The notes below the pieces were generated by a model. The model was not told the origin of the DNA, searched no databases, and saw nothing but the letters and a program-made list of their open reading frames with translations. 64,000 nucleotides of DNA, from the NCBI GenBank assembly GCA_965221125.1, contig CBDCRW010000005.1, forward strand, positions 32,001 through 96,000. Direction: 5' to 3'. Position numbers and translations under genes: made by a program. The DNA comes from Alphaproteobacteria bacterium (lineage in GTDB: Bacteria > Pseudomonadota > Alphaproteobacteria > UBA828). Of this stretch, positions 27,983 through 37,463 are shown piece after piece; the stretch's first letter is position 1, and the number at the start of each line of letters is the position of its first letter.

Positions 27983-30029
27983 GCTCGCGCTCTTCCGGCC
28001 GGCGGAGGCGCTCGATGCCGAAGCGAGGCTCGCCGAGTTCATCCGTCATGCGCGCGACGACCTCACGGTGTTCGGCGCCGAGCTCGACTGGGACGCGCCG
28101 AGATGGGAGCTGCGCGGAGTTGCCACTGTGTCGGGCCGCAGCAAGAGCGTGCTTCGCCTCAACTGGGGTCATCCCCTGAAGAAAGCGCCAAGGTCGATCG
28201 AGCACTACGCGCCGTTCGGCGCCCGCAACGCCGACTTCTTCAAGGCGTACCTGCGCTACAGGTATGGTCTTGCCCCACAGATGGCCCCTCAGCTGATGCT
28301 CTCGGCGATGCGGCATCTCGACAAGACTCTCGCCGAAGCTGGCAAATCGATTGCCGACGCGCGGCCCGACGACTTCAACGCCGCCGCCGCGGCCTCTCGC
28401 TCTGCTTACAGCCGCCACACTGCGTATCGCGTCGGCCTGCAGCTTCAAGCGATCGCCGGCTTTCTCGACCATCACGGCCTCGTCGCGCGGCCTCTCGTCT
28501 GGACCTGCCCCATCAGGCGGCCGACGAGCTTCGATCGCATCGGCGTCGAACGCGAGCGGGCTCGGGCCCGGAAACTTCCCTCGGAACGCGCGCTTGCCGC
28601 GCTCGGAGAGGCATACCGCCGCGCCGAGCATCCAATGGACGTGATTGCCGCTTCCGCATACGCCCTTCTCCTGGTGACGCACAGCCGCATCTCCGAGCTG
28701 CACCGGCTCGACGCCTACGATTGCGAAGTGGAGGCCGTCGAGAGCGGCAAGGACCGCTACGGCCTGCGCTGGTATCCGTCGAAGGGCGGCGAGCCCGAGA
28801 CGCGCTGGATCCCGAGCGCGTTCGTGCCGCTGGCGAGGGACGCGCTGAAGCGCATTCGAGACGTCACCGAGCCCGCCCGCGCGCTTGCGCGCAGGTACAT
28901 GGCCGGCGAGGACATCCTCCCGGGCGACGCCCCGGACGATCCTCTCGCCCGCGAGGGCTACATCAGCATGAGGAGTCTCGGAACGGCCGCCGATCCGAGG
29001 ACCGTGCTTGTCGCGCTGCGCAGAAACGGATTCGATGTTCGCGCGGACCACGCAACACAGCTGGGCGTCAAGCTCGCAATGAACGCCAAGCTTTATCTCC
29101 GCGCGCCGATCGAAGAAGGCTTTCGGGCGGAGCTCCCGCAAGGCTTCCCGCTGGCCGATCCCAGATCCGGCCTCGGATACGACCGCGCGCTGCTCGTACG
29201 CACCGCTGACATGGCCCGGCAATCGTGCACTCTCTTCTGGCGCCTTTCCTGCGTCTCGACCAGCGAGATCAAGAACACCATGAACGGGAGAGACTGCACG
29301 AGCGATCAAAAGGCTGGATTGTTCGGCCGTCTCGGGCTGGTGGACGACGATGGCGAGACCGTCCGCATCACGCCTCACCAGCTGCGCCACTACATGACCA
29401 CGCTGGCGAACGAGGGGAACCTGTCGCAGCTCGACATCGCGAGATGGGCGGGCCGCAAGGACATCCGGCACAACGCGTACTACGACCACGAAACCGCCGA
29501 TTCCCTCGTCTCCAAGGCGCGCTCTCTCGGCGGGGACATCTTCGGCAGCCCGATGACGGCAACCCCTCAGCGGCCGGTGACCCCGCGGCAGCTGATCGAG
29601 GGCAGTCTCGCCGGGGTGCATCTGACGCGTTACGGCGCCTGCCTGCACGACTTTGCGGCGTCGCCCTGCCCGATGTACCGGGACTGCCTGAACTGCGTCG
29701 AGCACGCCTGCGTCAAGGGAGACGAGCGCGCCGAGCGCGCCCTGCGCGACCGCCTAGCCGTCATCCAGAAAGCTGTCGCGTCCGCGGAAGAGGCCGCAGC
29801 TATCGGCGAAGGCAACTCGGAGATCTGGCTCTCCCGCAAGAGGACCGAGCTTGCGCGCCTGCGCGAGCTCGTCGCCCTGATCGACGACGCGGCGATCGCG
29901 CCGGGCGCCGTCCTGAGGCTCGACGGCGCGGCACGCTATGCGATCGGCGGCGACGGGGCCGGTTCGGCGAAAGCCCTGCCCGGCCCCGGCCCGGCTCCCG
30001 ATTCCTTACCCCGGCTACGGAAACCGTGA
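27975..30029 (+). CDS. Tyrosine recombinase 3 (large, C-terminal Cys/His cluster)
   Basis: HSRISEL, TPHQLRHY, WAGRKDIRHNAYYDH; GACLHDFAASPCP..DCLNC.EHAC. Confidence 0.87.
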   Translation: MAELALFRPAEALDAEARLAEFIRHARDDLTVFGAELDWDAPRWELRGVATVSGRSKSVLRLNWGHPLKKAPRSIEHYAPFGARNADFFKAYLRYRYGLAPQMAPQLMLSAMRHLDKTLAEAGKSIADARPDDFNAAAAASRSAYSRHTAYRVGLQLQAIAGFLDHHGLVARPLVWTCPIRRPTSFDRIGVERERARARKLPSERALAALGEAYRRAEHPMDVIAASAYALLLVTHSRISELHRLDAYDCEVEAVESGKDRYGLRWYPSKGGEPETRWIPSAFVPLARDALKRIRDVTEPARALARRYMAGEDILPGDAPDDPLAREGYISMRSLGTAADPRTVLVALRRNGFDVRADHATQLGVKLAMNAKLYLRAPIEEGFRAELPQGFPLADPRSGLGYDRALLVRTADMARQSCTLFWRLSCVSTSEIKNTMNGRDCTSDQKAGLFGRLGLVDDDGETVRITPHQLRHYMTTLANEGNLSQLDIARWAGRKDIRHNAYYDHETADSLVSKARSLGGDIFGSPMTATPQRPVTPRQLIEGSLAGVHLTRYGACLHDFAASPCPMYRDCLNCVEHACVKGDERAERALRDRLAVIQKAVASAEEAAAIGEGNSEIWLSRKRTELARLRELVALIDDAAIAPGAVLRLDGAARYAIGGDGAGSAKALPGPGPAPDSLPRLRKP

Positions 30030-30030
30030 C

Positions 30031-30450
30031 ATGGCCCGGCACCTCACCGAGACCAACGTCGAAACGCTCGCCAGGACCATCGGCACGCTCGAGGTGGCCA
30101 CGTGGGGCGCGGTCGTGAGGCTGGCGCGGCGACGGCTCGGCCACGCCTACTCGCGCCAGGCGCTGTCCAGGCATGAACGGATAAGGACGGCGCTCGCGGC
30201 CCGCAGGGAGCAACTCAGGGGCAGCGGGGCGGGGCGGCGGCCGAGACCGAAGACCGACACCGAAGCGGCCCTCCTCGAGCGCATCGATTCCCTGGAAGCG
30301 GACCTCTGCCGGCTTCGCGCCGAGAACGAGGCGATGATGACCCGGTTCGCCGTCTGGGCCTACAACACGCACGTTCTCGGCATTCCCGACCATCGGCTGG
30401 ACGCTCCGCTTCAGCCGGTCGATCGAGAATATAGCGAGCATGACGCATGA
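30031..30450 (+). CDS. Small helical/coiled-coil accessory protein of the recombinase cassette
   Basis: MARHLT..TW..YSRQALSRHERI plus coiled coil; starts 1 bp after the stop of recombinase 3. Confidence 0.75.
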   Translation: MARHLTETNVETLARTIGTLEVATWGAVVRLARRRLGHAYSRQALSRHERIRTALAARREQLRGSGAGRRPRPKTDTEAALLERIDSLEADLCRLRAENEAMMTRFAVWAYNTHVLGIPDHRLDAPLQPVDREYSEHDA

Positions 30451-30986
30451 GCAGGGGCAGCGGCGCGGAACGCGGCCGGCAGGCGGTGCTGCGCCTGCGC
30501 GAAGAGATCGACGCGCGCGAGGCGGCCGGCGAGACCTTGCCCATGAACGGCCGGGCTCTCCATCTGGCGAAGATCTGCCAGCTGGTCGGGGTTGGCCGGT
30601 CGACGGTGACGCAGAACCCGTCCTTCCGCGCCATGCTCAAGGACTACGCCGGCCGGAAGGGCGTGGCCTTCTCCGCCAGAGGATCGCCGCCCTCCGTGCA
30701 CGACCGCCAGACCACGGGAGCTGTCGAGGCGCCGGGCGACGCCGGCGGGGAGGCCATGGTGCCGGCCTCCCGCCTGCGCGAGGAACAGCGGCGCAGCGCG
30801 GCCGCCGAGCGCCGCGTCAGCGAGCTGGTCGCCAGGAACGCGGCGCTCATCGCCCGCCTGAGGCGCTATGAGGCTACCGATCAAGCGCTGATCGCCGCCG
30901 GTCGCCGCTACAGGCCCAGGCCGCCGGAGAAAGAGAACTCCGGCCCCGGACAGAGCCGCCTTCAGCTCGACGAGACGTCCGAATGA
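30447..30986 (+). CDS. HTH + coiled-coil accessory protein (TnpC-like)
   Basis: LAKICQLVGVGRSTVTQNP HTH; ATGA overlaps on both sides. Confidence 0.7.
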   Translation: MSRGSGAERGRQAVLRLREEIDAREAAGETLPMNGRALHLAKICQLVGVGRSTVTQNPSFRAMLKDYAGRKGVAFSARGSPPSVHDRQTTGAVEAPGDAGGEAMVPASRLREEQRRSAAAERRVSELVARNAALIARLRRYEATDQALIAAGRRYRPRPPEKENSGPGQSRLQLDETSE

Positions 30987-32962
30987 GCCGGCCGGGCGCA
31001 GCCGCCCGTGCCGCCGTCGAGGCCCCGATGCCGCGAAGGCCCGGCGCGCTCGCGGCGTACCTTGCCGAGGACCGGGACTTCCGCGGCATCGGCCCCGCGA
31101 AGGCCGCTGCCCTGGCAGCCGCATTCGGCGACGGCCTGCGTAACGCGCTCGACCGGAAACATCCCGAGGTCACCGCCATCCTCGGCGAGGAAACCGCCAC
31201 CAACGCGTTCGCGGCCTACGAGTTGAAGAGCCCCGAGATCGAGCTTCTCGACTGGCTGGAAAGCCGGGGGGTCGCCCCCGCTGTCGGGACGCGTACCGCG
31301 ATCAGGATCGCCCGCTGCTGGGGCCATGACGGCATCGACGCCCTGAAGGACAATCCCTACCTCCTCGCGAGCTTCCTGCCCTGGCCTGCAACCGACAGGG
31401 TCTGCCGCGCTCTCGGCGTCGCGCCCGACGATCCCCGCCGCGCCGTCGCCGCCGTCGAGGCCACCCTCTACCGCCGCCTCGACCGGAACCATACATGGAC
31501 GTCCCGCGCCTCGGCAGAGGCCGGGGCCGCGAAGCTGCTCACCGGCGTAGCGGCTCCGGACGGCAGCCCTGCCGGACCCTGGGCGGTCGAGAGCGCCGTC
31601 GAAGCCGGCGGCGCCGAGCCCTTCGAGGACGGCGTTCAGCCCATGGGCGCGGCCGCCATGGAGGCCTTCCTTGCCGAAGAGCTCGCACGCTTCGCCGCCG
31701 AAGTTCCGGCGTCCGACCTGGCCTTGCCAGCTGTTGCCGGCGAGGAGATCGGGCACGCCGTTGACGAGTATGAACGCCGCCGGCCGCACCGCCTCACGGG
31801 CCCGCAGAAAGCCGCCATCGCGGGCGCCTTCCGGCACCGGCTGTCGGTGCTGGGCGGCTATGCCGGCTCCGGCAAGACCACGTCCCTGCGCGGCATCTGC
31901 GAGCTGGCGGAACGCTTCGGCCGCGACACCGTGCTCATCGCGCTCTCGGGCCGCGCGGCGCAGCGCATGGCCCAATCGGCGGGGCGCCCCGCGATGACGA
32001 TCGCCCGCTTCCTCAAGGAGACCTCCGGCGGCGCGGGTGCGCGCTTGCATGCAGGCAACATCGTCATCGTCGACGAGGCGTCCATGGTCGACCTTCCCCT
32101 GCTCTGGCAGGTGGTGAGACGCATCGGGGACGCCTCCCTCGTTCTCGTCGGCGATCCCGCGCAGCTTCCGCCCATCGGCTTCGGCCTGACCTTCCACGTG
32201 CTCATCGAACATCCCGCCATCCCGAAGACCGTCCTCGACCGCGTGATGCGTCAATCGGCCGAGACCGGGATACCGGTCGTGGCCGAGGCCATTCGCAACG
32301 GCCGCCGCCCGGAGCTCGGCCCCTTCCGCGGCCTGGCGCCGGGGGTGACGTTCATCGACGCCGCCCCGGAGGAGGCGTTCGACGTCATCTTCGATGCCGG
32401 CGCGCGGCTCGCCAAGAACGGATTGCGCCGGGGCGACGCTCAGATCGTCGCGCCGGTCAACGCAGGACCGGCGGGCATCCTCGCCATCAACCGCCGGTTC
32501 CACGAACTGCGGATGCAGGGCAGCGCCCATACCCCCCGTCTCGTTCCCGGCCGTGCCGACATCGCCGAAGGCGATCCCGTCATCTGGACCCGCAACGACT
32601 ACGAGCGCGACCTCATGAACGGCTCCACCGGCCGTATCGTCGAAGCGCACCGGGACCATGCGACGGCGGTCATCGACAGCCAGGAGCACCGGCTGGGCGC
32701 CGCCGACGCCACCAACATCGAGCTCGCCTACGCGATCTCCGTGCACAAGGCGCAGGGCTCGCAGTGGCCCCTGGTGATCGTGCCCGTCTACCGGTCCAGG
32801 ATCCTCGACAGAACGCTGATCTACACCGCGGCCACGCGGGCCTCGGAGCAGGTCGTCTTCGTCGGAGACCGAAACGTCTTCGACGCTGCCGTCGCAACGG
32901 CGCCAAGGAATCTGAAGCGCGACATCACCCTGGCGTCGCGCTTGAGATCGATCGGGCAATGA
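30983..32962 (+). CDS. RecD2-like SF1B DNA helicase
   Basis: FRGIGPAKA, DNPYLL, GYAGSGKTT, VDEASMVD, VGDPAQLPPIG, AYAISVHKAQGSQW, LIYTAATRA. Confidence 0.93.
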   Translation: MSRPGAAARAAVEAPMPRRPGALAAYLAEDRDFRGIGPAKAAALAAAFGDGLRNALDRKHPEVTAILGEETATNAFAAYELKSPEIELLDWLESRGVAPAVGTRTAIRIARCWGHDGIDALKDNPYLLASFLPWPATDRVCRALGVAPDDPRRAVAAVEATLYRRLDRNHTWTSRASAEAGAAKLLTGVAAPDGSPAGPWAVESAVEAGGAEPFEDGVQPMGAAAMEAFLAEELARFAAEVPASDLALPAVAGEEIGHAVDEYERRRPHRLTGPQKAAIAGAFRHRLSVLGGYAGSGKTTSLRGICELAERFGRDTVLIALSGRAAQRMAQSAGRPAMTIARFLKETSGGAGARLHAGNIVIVDEASMVDLPLLWQVVRRIGDASLVLVGDPAQLPPIGFGLTFHVLIEHPAIPKTVLDRVMRQSAETGIPVVAEAIRNGRRPELGPFRGLAPGVTFIDAAPEEAFDVIFDAGARLAKNGLRRGDAQIVAPVNAGPAGILAINRRFHELRMQGSAHTPRLVPGRADIAEGDPVIWTRNDYERDLMNGSTGRIVEAHRDHATAVIDSQEHRLGAADATNIELAYAISVHKAQGSQWPLVIVPVYRSRILDRTLIYTAATRASEQVVFVGDRNVFDAAVATAPRNLKRDITLASRLRSIGQ

Positions 32963-33266
32963 CCTCGTTCAGCGACACCCGCCTGCCGGCTGGCCCCATC
33001 GCGCCCTGATCGCCCCCATCCCGCGCCCCCCTGATCAAAACTGCGCCCTGGCGGCTTCCAATGCCGGCGCACGCCCGGCCGCAGCCGGCCTCTCGTCGCG
33101 TGCGATCCGTGAAGCCGTCGGCTACCTGTCGGCCACCGGGGCGCCGGGCCTGGCAGAGGTGGAGAGTGGCTGGAGGAGGATGAACGGAGAAGGGCGGGGA
33201 GAGAGATCCCCCGGCCCGCTTCGTTCCGCAACCATCGTCAGAAACTCGGATGAACAGGAGACGATC

Positions 33267-33686
33267 ATGAGCTTCGGGATGAACAGGGCTGAGCTCATCG
33301 GACGCTTGGGCGCCGATGCGACCATCACCAATCTCACGTCCGGCGGGCGCGTCGCCAATATGAGCGTGGCGACCGACGAGGGGTACATCGACAAGACCGG
33401 CGAGCGCGTCGATCGCGTGGAATGGCACAAGGCGGTGACCTTCCAGGACGGGCTCATCGGCATGCTCGAAAAGCACGCGAAGAAGGGTCGCCTGGTCTAC
33501 GTCAGCGGCAAGCTCCAGACGCGCAGGTGGCGGAAGGAGGGCGAGGACAGCGACCGCTTCTCCACCGAGATCCTGCTGGTGCCCGGTTCGCGGATCCAGT
33601 TCCTCGAGCGCACCAACGGCACCGCCGCCACCCAGGACGACCGCCGGCCGGCAGAAGCCGGCCATGCCTCCGATTCGCCGTTCTAG
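33267..33686 (+). CDS. ssb: Single-stranded DNA-binding protein
   Basis: MNRAELIGRLGAD, VEWHKAV, KGRLVYVSGKLQTRRW, C-terminal DSPF. Confidence 0.93.
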   Translation: MSFGMNRAELIGRLGADATITNLTSGGRVANMSVATDEGYIDKTGERVDRVEWHKAVTFQDGLIGMLEKHAKKGRLVYVSGKLQTRRWRKEGEDSDRFSTEILLVPGSRIQFLERTNGTAATQDDRRPAEAGHASDSPF

Positions 33687-33969
33687 GAGCATGATCGCCG
33701 TCTACTCCCGATCGGGCCGGCGCTTCGCGCGTCGGCCCGTCCTTCCTGGCCTCGCATCGGGTGCCGACGACAAAAGTGTAAACAATGTCGCCCATATCGG
33801 GCCAATCTCGGCGGCATTGTTTACAAGAGATCCGCACGGAAGGGCACCGGAACACCAAAAGATCGTTGTGAATCAAACCACTCACTCAAACGTTACACGG
33901 TCCAACTTCCCATAACCGTTCTAGTTGCCTGTCCCCGCAGCGGGCCTTCCCCGCCCGCTCGCTCCAGAG

Positions 33970-34008
33970 CCCGCCCCGCGTTCCTCCCGCGCGGGGCGGG
34001 TTTTTTCA
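33970..34008 (+). terminator. Rho-independent terminator
   Basis: CCCGCCCCGCG-loop-CGCGGGGCGGG followed by a T7 run. Confidence 0.75.
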
Positions 34009-34211
34009 TGCAGCCTGATCCGAGTCCCTCACGGGCGGGACGGCGCGCCGTGCGCTTCGCGCGGCGCCTGCCGTTCCGGCGCCGGCGAGAGGCCGGTCGA
34101 GGCCGGGACCGGGGCGCGTCCCACGCAGCGTCCGGAGAGGTCTCTCATGCGCCCCATCCCCGCTCACACGTCCGGCTCCCCCGGTTCTCCCAGACGCCCG
34201 AGGTGTGCATC

Positions 34212-35204
34212 GTGAGCGCCGCCGCTCGCGTCGCGGCCGCCCTCGGCGCACGCGCCGAGGAGGTGTGCCGCCGCTACCTCCCCCAAGGCCGCAAGCAGGG
34301 TCGATACTGGACCGCCGGCGACGTCTACGGCGCGCGGGGGCGGTCGCTCTTCGTCCGCCTGGCGCCCCCCGGCGTCCCGGGGAAGTGGACCGACGCGAGC
34401 AGCGGTCAGCACGGCGACCTGCTCGACCTCATTCGCATCTCTTCGGGCGCGGGCTCGCTCCGCGCAGCCCTCGCCGAGGCGCACGCGTTCCTCGCGTCGC
34501 CGCCCGTGCCGTCCTCCGCCATTTCCGAAGACTACGACCGCACCGAGGCGGCCCGCCGCCTCTGGCGCCGTTGCCGCGCCATCGACGGCACCCATGCCGA
34601 GGCCTACCTCGAGGCCCGCGGCATTGAGCGCTACCGCTTCGCGGCCCTGCGCTTCCATCCCGGCCTTTTCTACCGCGACGACGGCGGCGTGCGCCGCCTG
34701 CCGGCCCTGGTCGCGGCCGTCACCAGCTCCGACGAAGCCGTCTGCGGCGTGCTGCGAACGTGGTTGCACCCGACCAGGCCCGCCAAGGCGAATGTGAGTC
34801 GCCCGCGCAAGGCGCTCGGGCGCGTGCACGGCCATGCCGTCCGCTTCGGTGCTCCCGGCGCCGGCACGCTGCTGGTCGGCGAGGGGATCGAGACCGTGCT
34901 GTCCATCGTCACGGCCATCCCCGATACCGTCGCCGCCGCAGCGCTGTCCGCCGGCAGCCTCGGCGCATTCGCGCCGCCTGCCGGCGTCACGCGGCTGGTG
35001 ATCGCGCGCGACAACGACCCCGAGGGAGAGCGTGCCGCCGAGCGCCTCGCCCGGCGCTGCGCACGCGCGAGGGTCGCCGCACTGGTCGTCGCGCCCGAGC
35101 GCGATGACTTCAACAGCGATCTCGTCGCCCTCGGCGCGCCGGCGCTTCGCGCCAGACTCGCGCCGATCTTCCACCGCCGGGTCTGCGCCGGGGACCGGTG
35201 GTGA
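34212..35204 (+). CDS. Toprim-domain primase-like protein of conjugative elements
   Basis: GRYWTAGDV.G..GRSLFVRL, GKWTD..HGDLLDLI, VGEGIETVLS, IARDND, DDFN. Confidence 0.85.
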   Translation: MSAAARVAAALGARAEEVCRRYLPQGRKQGRYWTAGDVYGARGRSLFVRLAPPGVPGKWTDASSGQHGDLLDLIRISSGAGSLRAALAEAHAFLASPPVPSSAISEDYDRTEAARRLWRRCRAIDGTHAEAYLEARGIERYRFAALRFHPGLFYRDDGGVRRLPALVAAVTSSDEAVCGVLRTWLHPTRPAKANVSRPRKALGRVHGHAVRFGAPGAGTLLVGEGIETVLSIVTAIPDTVAAAALSAGSLGAFAPPAGVTRLVIARDNDPEGERAAERLARRCARARVAALVVAPERDDFNSDLVALGAPALRARLAPIFHRRVCAGDRW

Positions 35205-35302
35205 CGATCGCCCGGCCAGAGACGGAGAAGAGCAAGCGCCGGGCGAGCGGCGCAGAGAGGGAGAGAGGCTTCTCCCCGCCGCCATCACGCCAGGAGCGCA
35301 GC

Positions 35303-35536
35303 ATGAGCAGCACCATCACCTTCACGCGCGTCGCCGACGACGAGGCTCGCATCCTCGACGCCGACGGCGGCCATGTCGGCGATCTCTTCCGTCATCCCGA
35401 CATCCTTCATCCGGGTTCGTCCTACTTCGTGATCCATCTCGATGAAGATCCCCGCGGCCCGGTGCGTGTGCACGACCGCTCGCGCATTCGCGAGGTGGCC
35501 GAGCAGCGTATCCGCTCACACCCACTCTGGTCGTGA
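35303..35536 (+). CDS. Hypothetical protein
   Basis: AGGAG RBS, ATG, 77 aa with coding-like codon use. Confidence 0.55.
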   Translation: MSSTITFTRVADDEARILDADGGHVGDLFRHPDILHPGSSYFVIHLDEDPRGPVRVHDRSRIREVAEQRIRSHPLWS

Positions 35537-35667
35537 TGCCGGCAGGCACAACAGAAACGGGGACCGTGCGTGGGGAGAGAATAGCCACCCCGTCGTGATG
35601 TCCGAGGATGTCACGCGTGCTCATTCCAGCAACCCTGCGGGTCCTTCGGTCGCTCCGCTCCCTGCGG

Positions 35668-35940
35668 CCTGACCCAAGATGGTCTAAGGCGGGCCGTGAA
35701 CGTCGCCGACCGTGAAGTTGGCTTGCCAGAACTCTCCAACGCCGAGTGTGTGGCGCACCGGCCCCTCGCGCGGGGCCGGCGCGTCGGCCTGATGCTAGCA
35801 GTTCTTGAGAAGGCCTACTCGAAACGCGGCTACCCACCACGGCTGCGCATCAGGCCTCCCAGGCACAGAGAACGCCAACTTCCGCACCAACATCGGCGAC
35901 GTTCCGCACCGACTCCCGCCTAAGACCATCTAGGGCCAGG
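35668..35940. other. 273-bp non-coding element with nested inverted repeats
   Basis: Nested stems of 26, 12, 9 and 10 bp plus an internal hairpin (see findings). Confidence 0.75.
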
Positions 35941-36020
35941 TGCTTCCACTGCGCGCGCGTGAAGAAAAAGGACATCACGAAGGGGCACTGGGCCCCGGAG
36001 GATGAACAAGGGAGGTCGAC

Positions 36021-36947
36021 ATGATCGACACCACAAGCGCTACCCCGACCGCTTCAGCAACCGCTGCAGTCTGCGACAGCATGGCCCTCTACGGCGCAAG
36101 CCCCGAGCGCGGCGAGCTCGACAGCAGGGTCGTCTGGGACGAGGACGACGCCATGGATGCACTGGGCGAAGCCATCCGCGTCATCGTCGACGGCATCACC
36201 GTCGACGGCACACAGATGGCCGACGAGCGCGAGGCCCTGATGTGGGGCTTCACCAACATGCTGCACTCGCAGGTCACCCGCCTCGACCGCGCCGTCGACC
36301 GCATCGCGCCCGAGATGAAGGACCTCGAGAAGGCGCAGGATGGTTCCGAGGTGAAGGCGTGGGAGCTGCAGACCCTCACGGACCGCGCCCAGAGCCTCGG
36401 CGACCGGCGCGACGCCTTCGAGAAGATGCGCGACCTCGCCGCCGACGCCTACCGCGTCGAGACCGGCGACGTCTGGCGCCCAAGGCACGGATCGCATGCG
36501 AGCCAGACCGGCACGCTGACCTCCGCCGCCATCGACGCCCGCGACTTCCGCCGTGCCCGCAAGGACCGCGAGACGAGGGCGCACCTGCCCGAGGGCACCC
36601 TGGTCGCGATCACCGGCGGCAAGACCGTCAGCGATGCCGACGCCGTCTGGAGCACGCTCGACATGGCGCGCGCGAAGTACGGCGACATGGTCCTGCTGCA
36701 CGGTGGCGGTCCCGGCGTCGAGAAGATCGCGGCAAGCTGGGCAGAAGCCAGAGGCGTCAACCAGGTCATCTGCCGCCCCGACTGGACCGCGCACGGCAAG
36801 GCCGCGCCCTTCCGTCGCAACGACGACCTGCTCAACCTGCTGCCCAAGGGCGTCATCGCGTTCCCCGGCTCCGGCATCACCGGCAACCTCGTCGACAAAG
36901 CCCGGCAGCTGGGGATACCGGTCATGAAGGTTCAGCTCGCCGCATGA
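36021..36947 (+). CDS. DUF2493 (SLOG/YspA-like) domain protein
   Basis: GGAGG RBS; VAITGG, VLLHGG, PDW..HGKAAPFRRND, AFPGSGITGNL. Confidence 0.85.
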   Translation: MIDTTSATPTASATAAVCDSMALYGASPERGELDSRVVWDEDDAMDALGEAIRVIVDGITVDGTQMADEREALMWGFTNMLHSQVTRLDRAVDRIAPEMKDLEKAQDGSEVKAWELQTLTDRAQSLGDRRDAFEKMRDLAADAYRVETGDVWRPRHGSHASQTGTLTSAAIDARDFRRARKDRETRAHLPEGTLVAITGGKTVSDADAVWSTLDMARAKYGDMVLLHGGGPGVEKIAASWAEARGVNQVICRPDWTAHGKAAPFRRNDDLLNLLPKGVIAFPGSGITGNLVDKARQLGIPVMKVQLAA

Positions 36948-37463
36948 CGGCGACGCTTGCCTGTCCTGTCGGAGGCGGTTCTCGCTTCGGCGAGGATCGC
37001 CTCCACTTTTTTCGCCGTGCCCCCCTCGCGCATCGCGGCTCGGCGCATCCGCGCCTGCGCCGCTCGCGCTCGGACGGCCAACCCTCCCGGACGCGGCCTC
37101 AGCATCGCCGCCGTCACGGTGCTGCGCACCGTCGACGGACGCTCGCCTCGCAGAAGAGATGGACCGAGGTTCTGTCCGCGATGGCCTGCCCGCGGTCGAT
37201 CGGCGCACTGCCGTCGTTGTTGGCGACGAGCATCGCGATGTCCTGCCCGACGGCGATGCAGCCGTCACTGCATGACCCGGCGTCACCACGCCCGGCACCG
37301 TCGACGACAGGCGTGACGAGCTCGCTGCGCCGACAGCGATCGCAAGCGTCTTCACCTCGTCCCGCTTGCCGTTCCACCGACCGTTTCCTCATCGGGAGTG
37401 CTTCCTATGCTTGCAACTCGAAGCCGCGCAACGACCTGCAACACCGCTCCGCCGGATGCGTCG

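Larger units (their letters stand above)
25119..33915 (+). mobile_element. Triple tyrosine-recombinase element with RecD2 and SSB
   Basis: Coupled six-gene operon plus ssb, between inverted arms TAAGGGGAAGTTAGG / TCCAACTTCCCATAA and 6-bp cores CCTTTC / CCGTTC. Confidence 0.6.

Noticed and set aside
25258-30029. Canonical RIT element or integron
   Set aside because: The recombinases are larger and come with coupled accessory genes; no attC cassette array is seen
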